Positions 45,381 through 55,678 are shown, counted from the stretch's first letter. The stretch: 64,000 bases of DNA from Patescibacteria group bacterium (GCA_028717685.1 JAQUNI010000001.1:633329-697328), one strand, 5' to 3'. Notes: generated from the sequence alone by a model not told the origin. Made by a program: numbers and translations.

Positions 45381-47756
45381 ATGCCTAAGAAAAAATTATT
45401 ACTCGGGATTTTGATTCCAGTTGGCGTTTTGATTTTAATCATTGTCGGCTTGTGGGTCTGGGGTTTTAGAGTACGTAAAAGTTTTTCCGCGAGGCAAAAC
45501 ATTACTGTTGATTTGCCGCAAGGAATGGATTACCAAAATTTGAATTCGGATGACCAAAAGAAACTTTTGCAGGATATTAAAAAGCACCTTCCAAATAAGA
45601 TTGTAGTTCCTAATGAAGAAGGGCAGCCGGTGCGGATTGTGCAGGATGTGATATTGACTCAAAATCAAAAAGCGCTGCCTGCGGGATTAAAGTCGCTTAG
45701 CGGCGACAAAATTCTGGAGAGCACGCCTGCTCAAACTCTTCCTCTTTTCAGTCAACCTCAAGCCGCATCCGAGAAAACAGATATTAAGGGAGCTTCTCGC
45801 GTGAAACAAGTTCAAGGGAGGAAGATAGCGGCTAGTGAGAGCGGCTCGGAACAGGAAGAAGAAATTAACTGGCCGGCGCTTGCCTATTCTTATAATGTGC
45901 CGCCGGGCGGTCAGGATAAGGGCGTGGAGTACAAGGAAATGGTGAAGATTATGGAGCTCACTAAAAAATATTATCCCACACTGGTCAAATATTATGGCGA
46001 GCCTTTTAATGTTAAAAATCGGTTTCTGATGTTTGTTTATGACCCTGCGGCTGAATCTTCCGTTTTCCTTCCCCAATACGATACGATTATCTTAGCAAGT
46101 TCCAGACCTTGGGAAGTGATTCCCGCTTTTGTCGCCGCGTTTCAAAGCAATTTTTACTCTGTGATTCCGGAAACTTGGAGAGACGGCATGGTTTATGCCG
46201 TAGCGCAACTCGCGATTCGGCAATTTCCAGAGGATTGGCCTCGCGATCCAATGATGGATATAATCGTTCAGGGTGTGGAAGGCAGTTATGAAAAATATAA
46301 TGTGGCGGCTTATCCTATCTTGGGCGCGAAGACCACTTATCTTAATGATTTTCCTGATTTTGCTTGGAAACGTCCTTTTTTGGCAGCCGCGGCGTGGCTC
46401 AAAATTTATCAATATGACAGAGAGTTCTTCCGCCGAATGAATATTGAGCTTTATGGCAATTCCTTGGACAGCGAAATCTGGCAGGATGAAATGAAGGTCT
46501 TTCTGCGCACCAAGAATATTTTTTATCCCGAGATTGAAAAGTTTACACCGGACTCTTGGTATAATAATCAGCATGTTTTACATCAAACACAAACCAATCC
46601 CATTGTTTTTTTAATGTGGGCGCTTTTTGGCAGCACCTTTGTGGTGGAGGACAATGGGATTCATCTGTATGAATTTAAAACTGCGAATGCCGGGCAAGGG
46701 ACGCGTTTTGAGCCCCGCCAGAATCGTTCGCATATGCTCCAAATTCACAATGACCGCGCTTTACTTCAAACTATCAGCCGGAATACAGACAGCCGTGGTC
46801 AGATTGACATTCCTCTCGCGGAAGCAGGGACTTTAAGCAACGGTCGCTATGAAGTGAGATATAGCGAGGAAGTCATTCCCATTAACTATGCCTACTTTAC
46901 GGAAAAACCGTATGCCTTATATGGAAGCGTGGATAATTTCGGGGAAGGGAAGATTTTAGCTTATGACCAGAACCAAAATCTGTTGGGAGAGGCGCCGATT
47001 TCCGCAGGCGCTTTTCGTTTTGAGAGACACTTTCAGGGCGTGATTAAATTAGATATTCAGGACTACTTGGGTGATATTCCTTTACATAAGGAGCTTTCCA
47101 AACCTGAAGGTCCATATTATGCCGCCCTCGCTTCGCGCTCCTCCTCTTATGAGCCGGAGGGACCAGGCTCGCGCGGCGCTCCGCCGATCGGCGAAGGTGA
47201 GACAACCGCACCGGAGAGCGAGGACACTTCTCCCGCTCCTCGCAATGTAGCGCCTCCAGCGCCGCAGACAGAAGGACTGCCGAATACTTTTATTTCCGAC
47301 AAGTATAAATTTAAGATTAATTATCCAGATGATTTTGACGCGACGGACACCACTAAATTACAGGGACCAAACCTGACTCCTGATATTCCTATTAAAAGCG
47401 AACAAGCGGCGCAGTTTACGGAAAAGAATAAGCAAATCGGCGCGAAAGAGGTGGGGATTATTTGGCATTCCAATCCGGATAAATCGTTGAAAAGTTTTGC
47501 GGAAGATTATACGTCTATAACAGCAACAGAGGCGCAGTATGGCGCCCTGACCATTAACGGTCGGGAGGTAGTTACGGCGAAGTATAAAGTGACGCCGGGG
47601 GCGCCCGGTAATCCAGCCGCGCGGCTCCCCGAGGTGGAAATGAAAAGTTATTTTATAAACAGGGGGACTGATGTTTTTATTTTTGGTTGCACTCTAGATA
47701 AAGAGAGCCAGGATTTGCTCAATAAAATGATTCAGACCTTTGATTTTGTGCAATAA
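45381..47756 (+). CDS. Large membrane-anchored hypothetical protein with Pro-rich linker
   Basis: N-terminal TM helix. Roughly 790 aa. Low-complexity P/E/A/G segment near residues 590-640. Confidence 0.5.
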   Translation: MPKKKLLLGILIPVGVLILIIVGLWVWGFRVRKSFSARQNITVDLPQGMDYQNLNSDDQKKLLQDIKKHLPNKIVVPNEEGQPVRIVQDVILTQNQKALPAGLKSLSGDKILESTPAQTLPLFSQPQAASEKTDIKGASRVKQVQGRKIAASESGSEQEEEINWPALAYSYNVPPGGQDKGVEYKEMVKIMELTKKYYPTLVKYYGEPFNVKNRFLMFVYDPAAESSVFLPQYDTIILASSRPWEVIPAFVAAFQSNFYSVIPETWRDGMVYAVAQLAIRQFPEDWPRDPMMDIIVQGVEGSYEKYNVAAYPILGAKTTYLNDFPDFAWKRPFLAAAAWLKIYQYDREFFRRMNIELYGNSLDSEIWQDEMKVFLRTKNIFYPEIEKFTPDSWYNNQHVLHQTQTNPIVFLMWALFGSTFVVEDNGIHLYEFKTANAGQGTRFEPRQNRSHMLQIHNDRALLQTISRNTDSRGQIDIPLAEAGTLSNGRYEVRYSEEVIPINYAYFTEKPYALYGSVDNFGEGKILAYDQNQNLLGEAPISAGAFRFERHFQGVIKLDIQDYLGDIPLHKELSKPEGPYYAALASRSSSYEPEGPGSRGAPPIGEGETTAPESEDTSPAPRNVAPPAPQTEGLPNTFISDKYKFKINYPDDFDATDTTKLQGPNLTPDIPIKSEQAAQFTEKNKQIGAKEVGIIWHSNPDKSLKSFAEDYTSITATEAQYGALTINGREVVTAKYKVTPGAPGNPAARLPEVEMKSYFINRGTDVFIFGCTLDKESQDLLNKMIQTFDFVQ

Positions 47757-47786
47757 ATTGGTTAACTTTCTAAAAAGGAGGTTAAA

Positions 47787-48677
47787 ATGAAAATTAGACA
47801 TTTGGTTTTAATTCCTATCCTACTCGGGTCATTAGCGATTTTGCCCGGTTGCACTGGTTATGAAATTTTAGATGTTGCTTTTGAAATTGCGGATGACATG
47901 TTTCATTTAAGTGGCGATGATGACCACGATGGCTTGACTAATCATCAAGAAGAGAGTGCGCATACCAATCCTGATGATCCTGATACGGATCATGATGGGC
48001 TGGACGATTATCAAGAGGTGAGGATTTACAAAACTGACCCCAATAATCCGGATACAGACGGTGATGGAATGATGGATGGTCCAGAGGTATATGCGGGACG
48101 CAATCCCCTCGTGCCTGATAATCCTGAACCGGGTACGGTTAGCCGTGGAGGGTCGGAGGAAGAGGATACAACGCCGCAAGCAGACCAGGACAGCGCGCCA
48201 CCCGCCGAGACTCCTACCGAACCCCGCGAGAGCAGTGAGGCGCCGGTTTTGACAGGGGGGCATACCTATCTTAATGAAGCCTGCCGTTTTTCTTTTCATT
48301 ATCCTAATGATTGGGAGATTCAAAGCGCAGAATTTTATACAATGTTAGATGGGACCAAAGCAGATTTTCCGACGGTAATTTTAGTAAGAGATGAAGCTCC
48401 TAATGACAAGATTGCCTTGAATATGCGCCAGGCTTTTTGTATGACCGTGGAGCCATATGACAAGAAGACAGAGAGCGCCGGCGCGAGAAAAGTGAATGTT
48501 TACACTTATTATAGCGCTGATCGCAAAACAAAAATTGGCGGCTGTTTGGAAGCAGAAGTAGAGGCGCTTAATATGAAGGGCAAAACAGTGACCTATACCT
48601 TTATTTCGCAATCCGATGATTCCATAGTTCTATCCGCTTTTAAAGAAGCAGTCAAAACATTCCAAGTGATAAAATAA
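47787..48677 (+). CDS. Lipoprotein with thrombospondin type-3-like Ca-binding repeats
   Basis: Lipobox LPGCTG. Repeated DxDxDGxxD units (DDDHDGLTN, DPDTDHDGLDD, DTDGDGMMDG). Confidence 0.6.
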   Translation: MKIRHLVLIPILLGSLAILPGCTGYEILDVAFEIADDMFHLSGDDDHDGLTNHQEESAHTNPDDPDTDHDGLDDYQEVRIYKTDPNNPDTDGDGMMDGPEVYAGRNPLVPDNPEPGTVSRGGSEEEDTTPQADQDSAPPAETPTEPRESSEAPVLTGGHTYLNEACRFSFHYPNDWEIQSAEFYTMLDGTKADFPTVILVRDEAPNDKIALNMRQAFCMTVEPYDKKTESAGARKVNVYTYYSADRKTKIGGCLEAEVEALNMKGKTVTYTFISQSDDSIVLSAFKEAVKTFQVIK

Positions 48678-48711
48678 TCAAGACTGGAAAATATTCAATT
48701 AATATAAAAAA

Positions 48712-48915
48712 ATGCGCACTGAACAAGAGATTCAAACCAAACTTTCTGAACTTGAAAAAGAGTTAGCAGAAATAGAAGAAGGTTTTGATGATGAGATTGA
48801 AATGGCGGAGGATGATGATAATACAAAGGAAGCAGAAAATTTGGAAGGTGAAAAGGAGATTAAGATGGAAAAATTAGAGAAGCAGGTGGAAATTCTAAGG
48901 TGGGTTTTAAGCTAA
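48712..48915 (+). CDS. Small acidic coiled-coil protein, hypothetical
   Basis: 67 aa, E-rich heptad-like sequence. Confidence 0.3.
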   Translation: MRTEQEIQTKLSELEKELAEIEEGFDDEIEMAEDDDNTKEAENLEGEKEIKMEKLEKQVEILRWVLS

Positions 48916-48927
48916 TATGAATAAAAT

Positions 48928-48960
48928 AAACCTCGGCAAAACTTGCGCCGAGGTTTATTG
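48928..48960. terminator. Bidirectional terminator between convergent genes
   Basis: AAACCTCGGCAAAACTTGCGCCGAGGTTT with A/T runs on both sides. Confidence 0.6.
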
Positions 48961-48983
48961 TCTTTAAATAAAAGGACTCTAAT

Positions 48984-49688
48984 CTAGAATTCTTTCACTG
49001 TGCCAAATAAAAAACTCTCCATTATTTTTTGCCAGATGCGCGGCAATACTTGGAGGGACAATGTTTCTGAATCTTGGTTCCAGTCAATTTTAGCTTGCTC
49101 CACGTTTTTTTTGTCCAAAATAATACCGTACACTTCACTCTCTTCAGTAATACTACCCGAGTAAGGAGAGATATTGGCCATATAAGCATGGAGGGTGACC
49201 GTAGCAATATGCTCATTGCTGGTATAAATCGTTTTTAAGATTTCGCCCATCTTGAGCAGAGTATTCCTTTTAGCAGTTTTAGTGTCTAAATAGTAGTCAG
49301 TGTTAAATTCCAAGCTGACGCCATAATTTTCCTCCTTGGTCATTTGGCGGACAACGAGCAGAGAGGAGATGCGCAGATAAGGCTGCCCTACATTATTATT
49401 GCCAGCCAAGACATTTTTGATTTTAGACTCAATGTCGTGGATTGTTGCCTCTTCTTGTGCTTTTTCTCTGGCCGAACGTTGCTCTAATTCTTCAGCCGTT
49501 TCGGCGATTTTTTCCTCCTGTCTGGAAACTGGTCCGTATTTTTCTTGAATCTTTTTGCGGTGGAGATATTTGGGAATGATCACGGCTAATATAATTATCA
49601 TCACGATAAAGATAATCACTCCTATGATAATAACCTTTTTATTTTGCATCAATTTTTGGAGCATAGATTTGTTTTTATTTTTTTGCAC
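48984..49688 (-). CDS. Membrane-anchored hypothetical protein
   Basis: N-terminal TM helix. 234 aa. Confidence 0.5.
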   Translation of the reverse strand: MQKNKNKSMLQKLMQNKKVIIIGVIIFIVMIIILAVIIPKYLHRKKIQEKYGPVSRQEEKIAETAEELEQRSAREKAQEEATIHDIESKIKNVLAGNNNVGQPYLRISSLLVVRQMTKEENYGVSLEFNTDYYLDTKTAKRNTLLKMGEILKTIYTSNEHIATVTLHAYMANISPYSGSITEESEVYGIILDKKNVEQAKIDWNQDSETLSLQVLPRIWQKIMESFLFGTVKEF

Positions 49689-49776
49689 CTTTATTATAGT
49701 TTATTCCACCCAAGATAACAACGGAAGGGTTTACCCCTATTTTTATTGATGCTATAATATTTAATACTAATCAAAT

Positions 49777-50178
49777 ATGTTTAATGATATGCCTAAAATT
49801 ATCGTTGTTTCCGGACCGGTGATTGTGGAAGATGGCAAAGTCCTGTTAAATCAACACGGCGAGGATAATTTTTGGAAATTCTGCGGCGGCAGGGTAGAGG
49901 ATTATAATGCTGATTTAGTGGAAAACGCGCGGCGCGAGGCTAAAGAGGAAATGGGGATTGATATAGAAGTGATTAATGAAAATCCTTTTATTACTCATCT
50001 CCAAAAAGAAACAGCGGAAGGCAAGGTTGATGTTATTTTGGCGCATTTTTTAGTAAAAAGGATAGGCGAAGTGAAACCTGATGTTGAAATCAGGGAGTGG
50101 AATTGGTTTTCTGTAGATAACCTTCCTGAAAATACGGCGCCAAATGTGAAGCCAGCCTTGAAGCATTTTGGATTTTAA
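49777..50178 (+). CDS. NUDIX hydrolase
   Basis: Nudix box GGRVEDYNADLVENARREAKEEMGI. Confidence 0.8.
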   Translation: MFNDMPKIIVVSGPVIVEDGKVLLNQHGEDNFWKFCGGRVEDYNADLVENARREAKEEMGIDIEVINENPFITHLQKETAEGKVDVILAHFLVKRIGEVKPDVEIREWNWFSVDNLPENTAPNVKPALKHFGF

Positions 50179-50241
50179 GCCGTCTATTAGCGAGCGAACT
50201 TCAATATCCTTTATTTTACAAAAATGAGAGATGAGTGGGGG

Positions 50242-50350
50242 AACGAAGCAATTTTATTGATGACTATGTTCAAAGTCATTCCAATAATTTTTTAAAGCTC
50301 AATGAATATTGAGTTTTATGAAATTGCTTCGTTGTCCGCCTGGGGCGGAC
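50242..50350 (+). other. Structured intergenic element (13-bp perfect inverted repeat enclosing two hairpins, plus GC hairpin)
   Basis: AACGAAGCAATTT at 50242 pairs with AAATTGCTTCGTT at 50321. Internal hairpins GATGACT/AGTCATT and CTCAAT/ATTGAG. GTCCGCC-TGG-GGCGGAC at 50334-50350. Confidence 0.5.
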
Positions 50351-50365
50351 TCCTCGCAATAACAA

Positions 50366-50815
50366 ATGGATAATACTAAAAAACCCGGAGTGGGCGTAGG
50401 AGTAATGCTTTTGAAAGAGGGTAAGGTCTTGCTCGGCAAACGGCATTTTGATGCGGCGCGAGCGGACAGCGAGCTCCACGGCGAAGGCACTTGGACTATG
50501 CCCGGCGGCAAATTGCATTTTCACGAAGAATTAGAGGGCGCGGCGTATCGCGAGGTTTTGGAGGAAACAGGGGTGACCATTAATCAAAAAAAACTAAAGA
50601 TGTTTAGTGTCACCAATGATATTGTGAAAGATGCGCATTTTGTGACCATTGGTTTTTTATGCGAAGATTTTCAAGGCGAACCAAAGGTAATGGAACCCGA
50701 TGAAATTACAGAATGGCGCTGGTTTGCTTTAGACAAGCTCCCTCGCCCCATTTTCTTCCCGAGTAGAAAGATTTTAAATCAATACCAAAATTTTATAGAC
50801 TTGAATCACAAGTAA
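50366..50815 (+). CDS. NUDIX hydrolase
   Basis: Nudix box GGKLHFHEELEGAAYREVLEETGV. Confidence 0.8.
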   Translation: MDNTKKPGVGVGVMLLKEGKVLLGKRHFDAARADSELHGEGTWTMPGGKLHFHEELEGAAYREVLEETGVTINQKKLKMFSVTNDIVKDAHFVTIGFLCEDFQGEPKVMEPDEITEWRWFALDKLPRPIFFPSRKILNQYQNFIDLNHK

Positions 50816-50884
50816 GTAATTTCGGTGATTTCTAAACTATCAAATCTTTCGTTTTAATTTAGGTTTGGCAGTTTAAAAAATGGT

Positions 50885-51913
50885 ATGCGGTTTGTTAAAT
50901 ATTTTTTAGTAATGATCTTTATTCTGATTGCGGTTTTTGTGATTTATCCGAAATTAAAGATTTCTTTTCATGAGATCCCTTTGTTATTTCAAGAGGCAAA
51001 TAAGTTTTTGATTCTACTTCTTTTAGGGCTTCAGGTCGTTGTTTATTTAGGGGATGGTTGGCTCTCTAAATTACTTTTAGGAATAGCGGGTTTTCCCTTA
51101 AGCATCAGAGATACTTTGAAGGTGGCAATTTTAGGCAATTTAGGCAACCAAACAATACCTGTTACGGGGGGGCCGGCTGCGACTTACTATTTTTATCGTA
51201 AACTCAAGGTCCCTCCTGAAGGGATTTTTTTCTTGGTTTGGACTTGGTTCATTTCTGTCTGGGGCGTAAATCTTTTTTTCTTTCTTGTGGCGCTTTTTTT
51301 TCTGCCGGGCTCAATCTTGGGCTTAATTCAGCAAAAATTTTTCTTTGTTTTTTTGGTTCTTTTTGCGACACTTTTATTTATGAGTTATTTTTTATTGAGA
51401 AACCAGGGAAAGAGCCTCTTTTTTATTCTCCGTCCGTTGCTTGCGTTCGCGAATAAAATCGGTAGGCATTTTCACAATAAAAATTTCATCACGCCAAAAC
51501 GGTTAAAAAGATTTGTGGCTGGAATGAGCGGAGGTTTACGCTTTTTGTGGTCTAATAAAAGCAAACTTCCTAAGATTATCCTCGCTTCCTCTATATTTTA
51601 TCTAGGGACGATTGCCACCCTTTATTCTGCTTTTTTAGTTTTTGGTTTTAGACCCAATCCTTTCTATGTGATTTTTGGCTTTACGGTTTCTTCTATTTTA
51701 GCTCTTTTAACCTTTATGCCCGAGGCGCCAGGCGTTATAGAGGCTTCTCTTAGCGGGGTGTTTGTGGGTTTAGGTTTTCCCGCTCACATTGCTTTATTTG
51801 CGGCGATTTTATTTCGTTTTTTTTCTTACTGGATTTTTTTCCCTTTGGGACTCCATCTTTTTTTGACTTTGAGAAGAAAAAATAAACAAACTAACGATGT
51901 CAGAGAGCCTTAA
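50885..51913 (+). CDS. Polytopic membrane protein (flippase-like / LPG-synthase-TM-like), hypothetical
   Basis: Eight predicted TM helices. Adjacent to a membrane GT2. Confidence 0.45.
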   Translation: MRFVKYFLVMIFILIAVFVIYPKLKISFHEIPLLFQEANKFLILLLLGLQVVVYLGDGWLSKLLLGIAGFPLSIRDTLKVAILGNLGNQTIPVTGGPAATYYFYRKLKVPPEGIFFLVWTWFISVWGVNLFFFLVALFFLPGSILGLIQQKFFFVFLVLFATLLFMSYFLLRNQGKSLFFILRPLLAFANKIGRHFHNKNFITPKRLKRFVAGMSGGLRFLWSNKSKLPKIILASSIFYLGTIATLYSAFLVFGFRPNPFYVIFGFTVSSILALLTFMPEAPGVIEASLSGVFVGLGFPAHIALFAAILFRFFSYWIFFPLGLHLFLTLRRKNKQTNDVREP

Positions 51914-53318
51914 AGAAAAACTAGCCCTGGTCCTGATCGCATATTGGGCGACTATCTTGGCGGCGCGCAGTTTTATTTTTTATTACGGGAACAAAAATCT
52001 AGCCGCACCTTTGATTATGATTGGCGGATTTCATATTTACCACTTTATTATTGGTCTTTTTTTGATTTTAATTTTTGGTGGCTTATTTTATCTATTGGGT
52101 TTGCAAAGAAATTTTTTTTCCCTTACTTTTTTGGGCATAGGACTTGGGCTTTTGTTTGATGAATTGTCTTTTTTATTTAGTTTGCGGTTCAACGACTATT
52201 GGGGGGTGCGCAATTTTCTGGCTATTGCGATTTTGGGACTCCCTTTGTCTTTATTTGTGTTTTGGCCAAAGAGGAAGCGGACAGAAGAGACTCCTGTTTC
52301 TAAAAGAATGTTTAATCGCAAGTCGGGCAGGCATTTTATTTCCGTAGTGATTCCAGCATTTAATGAGGAGAAATTTTTAGCAAGGAGCCTTCAAAGCCTT
52401 GCACGCCAAAGTTATCAAGATTTTGAACTTATTGTAGTAGATAACAATTCACAAGATAAAACGCGGGAGATTGCCGAAAGTTTCGGCACCAAAGTTATTT
52501 TTGAACCAAAAAGGGGGGTAGAGTGTGCGCGGCAGGCAGGGTTTCAGGCTGCCCAAGGGAAAATTATCGCGACTACTGACGCAGATACAGTTTTACCGCG
52601 AGATTGGCTGGAGCGCATTGTGCTGGAATTTAAAAAAGATAAGAATTTAGTTGCCTTTGGTGGTCTTTATATCCTTGATTCAGGGACATTTCCAGCTAAG
52701 TTAGGTGTATATTATTTTCTTTACCCAATCTGGATTTGGGACCGGTTAATCTCTGGTGGTTGGAGTTTGGCTGGAGCTAATTTGGCGGTGTGCAAAAGAG
52801 CTTTCTTAAAGGTTGGCGGTTTTACGCCAGAGATCAAACTGGGTGAAGATATCAATCTTGCTCGGAAACTCAAGGCCGTTGGCAGGGTGAAGCTGGACCC
52901 TCATTTTCGAGTACGCACCTCGGGACGGCGTTTTAAGGATGGTCTTTTAAGGGCGCTTTTTACTTATGCGCCCAATCGTATCGCGAGCACAGTTTTTGCC
53001 CGAGAAAAATTTCATCACCATTTTCCCACTATTCGCACGGAAACATCGTTGTTTCAGAGATCATTTTTGCTTCCCCTTTTGTTCGCTACTCTCTTTCTTT
53101 TCTTTTTATTTTATTTTTCGAACCCCTTAATTTCCGAAGCCAAGGGCGTGAAGCTCATCAAACGAGGCGTTGCTTCTCCTGTGCGAGAGGTAAAGAAAAA
53201 TAGCAAAGAGATGAAGAATTTTTTCGTGAAAGCCGAAAAGGGCATCAAGAGCGGGAAAAGATTGCAACACTATAAAATATGGAAATTTCCAAAATTACAT
53301 CACCTCAAGTTTTCTTGA
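51897..53318 (+). CDS. Membrane glycosyltransferase family 2
   Basis: N-terminal four-TM domain then GT2 (ISVVIPAFNEEKFL...ELIVVDNNSQD...TDADT). Confidence 0.75.
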   Translation: MSESLKEKLALVLIAYWATILAARSFIFYYGNKNLAAPLIMIGGFHIYHFIIGLFLILIFGGLFYLLGLQRNFFSLTFLGIGLGLLFDELSFLFSLRFNDYWGVRNFLAIAILGLPLSLFVFWPKRKRTEETPVSKRMFNRKSGRHFISVVIPAFNEEKFLARSLQSLARQSYQDFELIVVDNNSQDKTREIAESFGTKVIFEPKRGVECARQAGFQAAQGKIIATTDADTVLPRDWLERIVLEFKKDKNLVAFGGLYILDSGTFPAKLGVYYFLYPIWIWDRLISGGWSLAGANLAVCKRAFLKVGGFTPEIKLGEDINLARKLKAVGRVKLDPHFRVRTSGRRFKDGLLRALFTYAPNRIASTVFAREKFHHHFPTIRTETSLFQRSFLLPLLFATLFLFFLFYFSNPLISEAKGVKLIKRGVASPVREVKKNSKEMKNFFVKAEKGIKSGKRLQHYKIWKFPKLHHLKFS

Positions 53319-53869
53319 CCTTTGATGACGGACCGAGCGCGCCTTTCACCAATGAGATTTTAGATATTTTAGCAGGGTTTCAAGTGCTGGCTTCTTTTTT
53401 TGTTTGCGGCAAAAATGTAGAGCGGCATCCCGAAATTGCCAAAAGGATTGCGGCGGGCGGGCATACGCTTGGCAATCATAGTTATTCCCATTCTCGTTTT
53501 TTATCTTTGACTGGCTGTTTATCTTCCGAAATAGAAAAAACCCAATCCATTATCCAAGAAGTTACGGGAGTGAGGGTAAAATTTTTTCGGCCTCCTTGGG
53601 GGTATGTTCGTCCTTGGCTTGCAAGTTATCTCAAAAAGCAAGGTTACCAATTAGCGCTTTGGGATATAAAAGTTTATGATTGGCAAAAGCCGGCTGCCGC
53701 CATTATTGCTAAGCGAGTTTTACAAAAAGTGAAACCGAACGCTGTTATTCTTCTGCATGATGGCGATAGAACCCGCCTTTCCTGTGACCGTTCCCAGACC
53801 GTTCTTGCCCTTCCTATGATTATTCAGAACTTAAAAGAAAAAGGTTATACATTCGGTAAAATTGTTTAG
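53279..53869 (+). CDS. Polysaccharide deacetylase (NodB homology domain)
   Basis: LTFDDGPS...HTLGNHSYSH...FFRPPWG...ILLHDG motifs. Confidence 0.8.
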   Translation: MEISKITSPQVFLTFDDGPSAPFTNEILDILAGFQVLASFFVCGKNVERHPEIAKRIAAGGHTLGNHSYSHSRFLSLTGCLSSEIEKTQSIIQEVTGVRVKFFRPPWGYVRPWLASYLKKQGYQLALWDIKVYDWQKPAAAIIAKRVLQKVKPNAVILLHDGDRTRLSCDRSQTVLALPMIIQNLKEKGYTFGKIV

Positions 53870-53900
53870 CACTCATTTTTAAGATTCTGTTACAATAAAA

Positions 53901-53964
53901 ACGCCCTTGGTTAATTCTAAGGGTGTTTTTTACCCCGTTAGAGAACAAAGTTTTCTAATGGGGT
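53901..53964 (+). terminator. Tandem hairpins: terminator plus family-C hairpin copy 2
   Basis: ACGCCCTTGG-TTAATTCT-AAGGGTGT then T-run, followed by ACCCCGTTAGAGAAC-AAA-GTTTTCTAATGGGGT. Confidence 0.6.
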
Positions 53965-53990
53965 TTATCTGATAATTTTTTAATCCAGAT

Positions 53991-54530
53991 TTATGGGTTG
54001 GGCGGATGATGAAAGCGGGCAACTAAATCCATAATTACCTTTTTGATTTTTTGCGGATGGGGGAGGGCATTAAAATAAAATTTATCCTGCTCCGCGCCAG
54101 CGGATTCAATCTCAATATCGCCATAGTCTAAAAATGCGGCAAGGATGCCAAACATTTTAATGGAAATGTCCTGAATGTTATATAATTTTAATTCATTCAA
54201 ATTATATTTAAAAAATCCTTTTTGTTCATTTTCCATAACCCTCTTGTTGGTTATAATCACCGTGTTTAGGGTATAAATCATAATATTGTAAAAAGCGATC
54301 ATCCATAAAATAAAAAGATAAACCGCCGCTAAAAACCAATAGACAGAGGAGAAGATTTCATACCAGCCGCTTGCTGCGATTAAAAAATAAATCCAGAAAG
54401 GAATTAAAGCAAAGAGGGCAAGGACGAAAAGAGGTCCGAATAATCTAATCCAGTGCCGGCGAGTGAGCAAAATAACTGTTTCATCTGGCTGGCGGCCGCG
54501 GAAATTATTTGTGGAAGAAAAGATAGGCAT
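53991..54530 (-). CDS. Membrane protein with bacterial PH (bPH_2/YdbT-like) domain
   Basis: Two N-terminal TM helices then a bPH-like domain (ETVILLTRRHW...; FFKYNLNELKLYNIQDISI...DIEIESAG). Confidence 0.6.
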   Translation of the reverse strand: MPIFSSTNNFRGRQPDETVILLTRRHWIRLFGPLFVLALFALIPFWIYFLIAASGWYEIFSSVYWFLAAVYLFILWMIAFYNIMIYTLNTVIITNKRVMENEQKGFFKYNLNELKLYNIQDISIKMFGILAAFLDYGDIEIESAGAEQDKFYFNALPHPQKIKKVIMDLVARFHHPPNP

Positions 54531-54567
54531 AAAATTAAGTCAAAACTCAAATCTCAAAAGTCAAAAC

Positions 54568-54804
54568 TTAGAAGATATTTTGGGAAATTTCGTCCCAGTT
54601 GATTTGGCGATAAAGGATAAGAATAATGGCGAAAAAGAAAAAAGAACCCAAGAAGAAACACAGGGCTAAAATCTTAGGTTTACCCCCCACGCCAAACCGA
54701 ATGAAATGATAGATAACGCAAAAGGCGTACCAAAAATAGATGGCAAGGAATATCAAGAAAACAATTAAGGGAAGATTGAAGCCATTTTCAAGAATAGAAC
54801 CCAT
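54568..54804 (-). CDS. Small membrane protein, hypothetical
   Basis: 78 aa with two TM helices. No RBS evaluated. Confidence 0.3.
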   Translation of the reverse strand: MGSILENGFNLPLIVFLIFLAIYFWYAFCVIYHFIRFGVGGKPKILALCFFLGSFFFFAIILILYRQINWDEISQNIF

Positions 54805-54926
54805 ATTTTATGTTAAGTATAATTAAATCTATTTTAGCAGGAATCAGATAAATTGGCAAAGAGTTTTCCCGCGTTTCTAATTATGTTAGAATAGAATCAA
54901 TTAAAAAATAAAATAATATTCGTTTT

Positions 54927-55469
54927 ATGCCACTCAAAAAGTTTGGAAACAAAAAAATAAGGGTGCGCAAGTTAAATAAAAGGGATTTAGAACAGCCAAA
55001 GAAATTTCAGGATTTTATTAATTCTTTAGTGAAAGAAGACGTAATGATTTTGATGAATAGCAAAAAGACGCAAAAAGAAGAAAAGGATTGGGTTAAAGAA
55101 CAGTTAGATAAAATCGCCAGAAAGAAAAAGATTTCTTTAGTAGCTGAATGCGAAGGGCGGATTGTGGGAGGCGCGAATCTAGAATTATGGAGAGAGCGCA
55201 AAAACCATATCGCGGAATTCGGGATTACGATTCGGGATGGCTATCGCGGGATTGGTTTAGGGCAGTACTTAATGGCTAAAATTATTCAGTATGCTAGGTG
55301 CGACTTGCAACCTTGTCCAAAGATCATCCGTTTAAGTGTTTATGAAGGAAACGATCCGGCAATAGGGTTGTATAAAAAAATGGGTTTTCGGGAAGCCGCG
55401 CGCATCCCGAAACAAATCCAATTTCAAGGAAAACTTATTGATGAAATTGTGATGCTTTTGGAATTGTAA
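54927..55469 (+). CDS. GNAT family N-acetyltransferase
   Basis: Acetyl-CoA binding motif RGIGLGQYLMAKIIQYAR and C-terminal GFRE. Confidence 0.8.
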   Translation: MPLKKFGNKKIRVRKLNKRDLEQPKKFQDFINSLVKEDVMILMNSKKTQKEEKDWVKEQLDKIARKKKISLVAECEGRIVGGANLELWRERKNHIAEFGITIRDGYRGIGLGQYLMAKIIQYARCDLQPCPKIIRLSVYEGNDPAIGLYKKMGFREAARIPKQIQFQGKLIDEIVMLLEL

Positions 55470-55678
55470 ATATCCATAGGTTAAAAGTCCGCTCCGTTGA
55501 AGTAGTCTTCGGTGGAGTAGGCTAAGCCCGTGAGGCTTCATTTACAAGCTGCGGAGGAAAAGACCGTAGCCTTGTTTTTTTATTGAAGATTTGCTAAGCT
55601 ACCTTGTTTTACAGATTAAGTATAAAATCAGTTATTGGTAGAAATATAGATTGATGGCTTTTTCAACAAAGGAGATGA

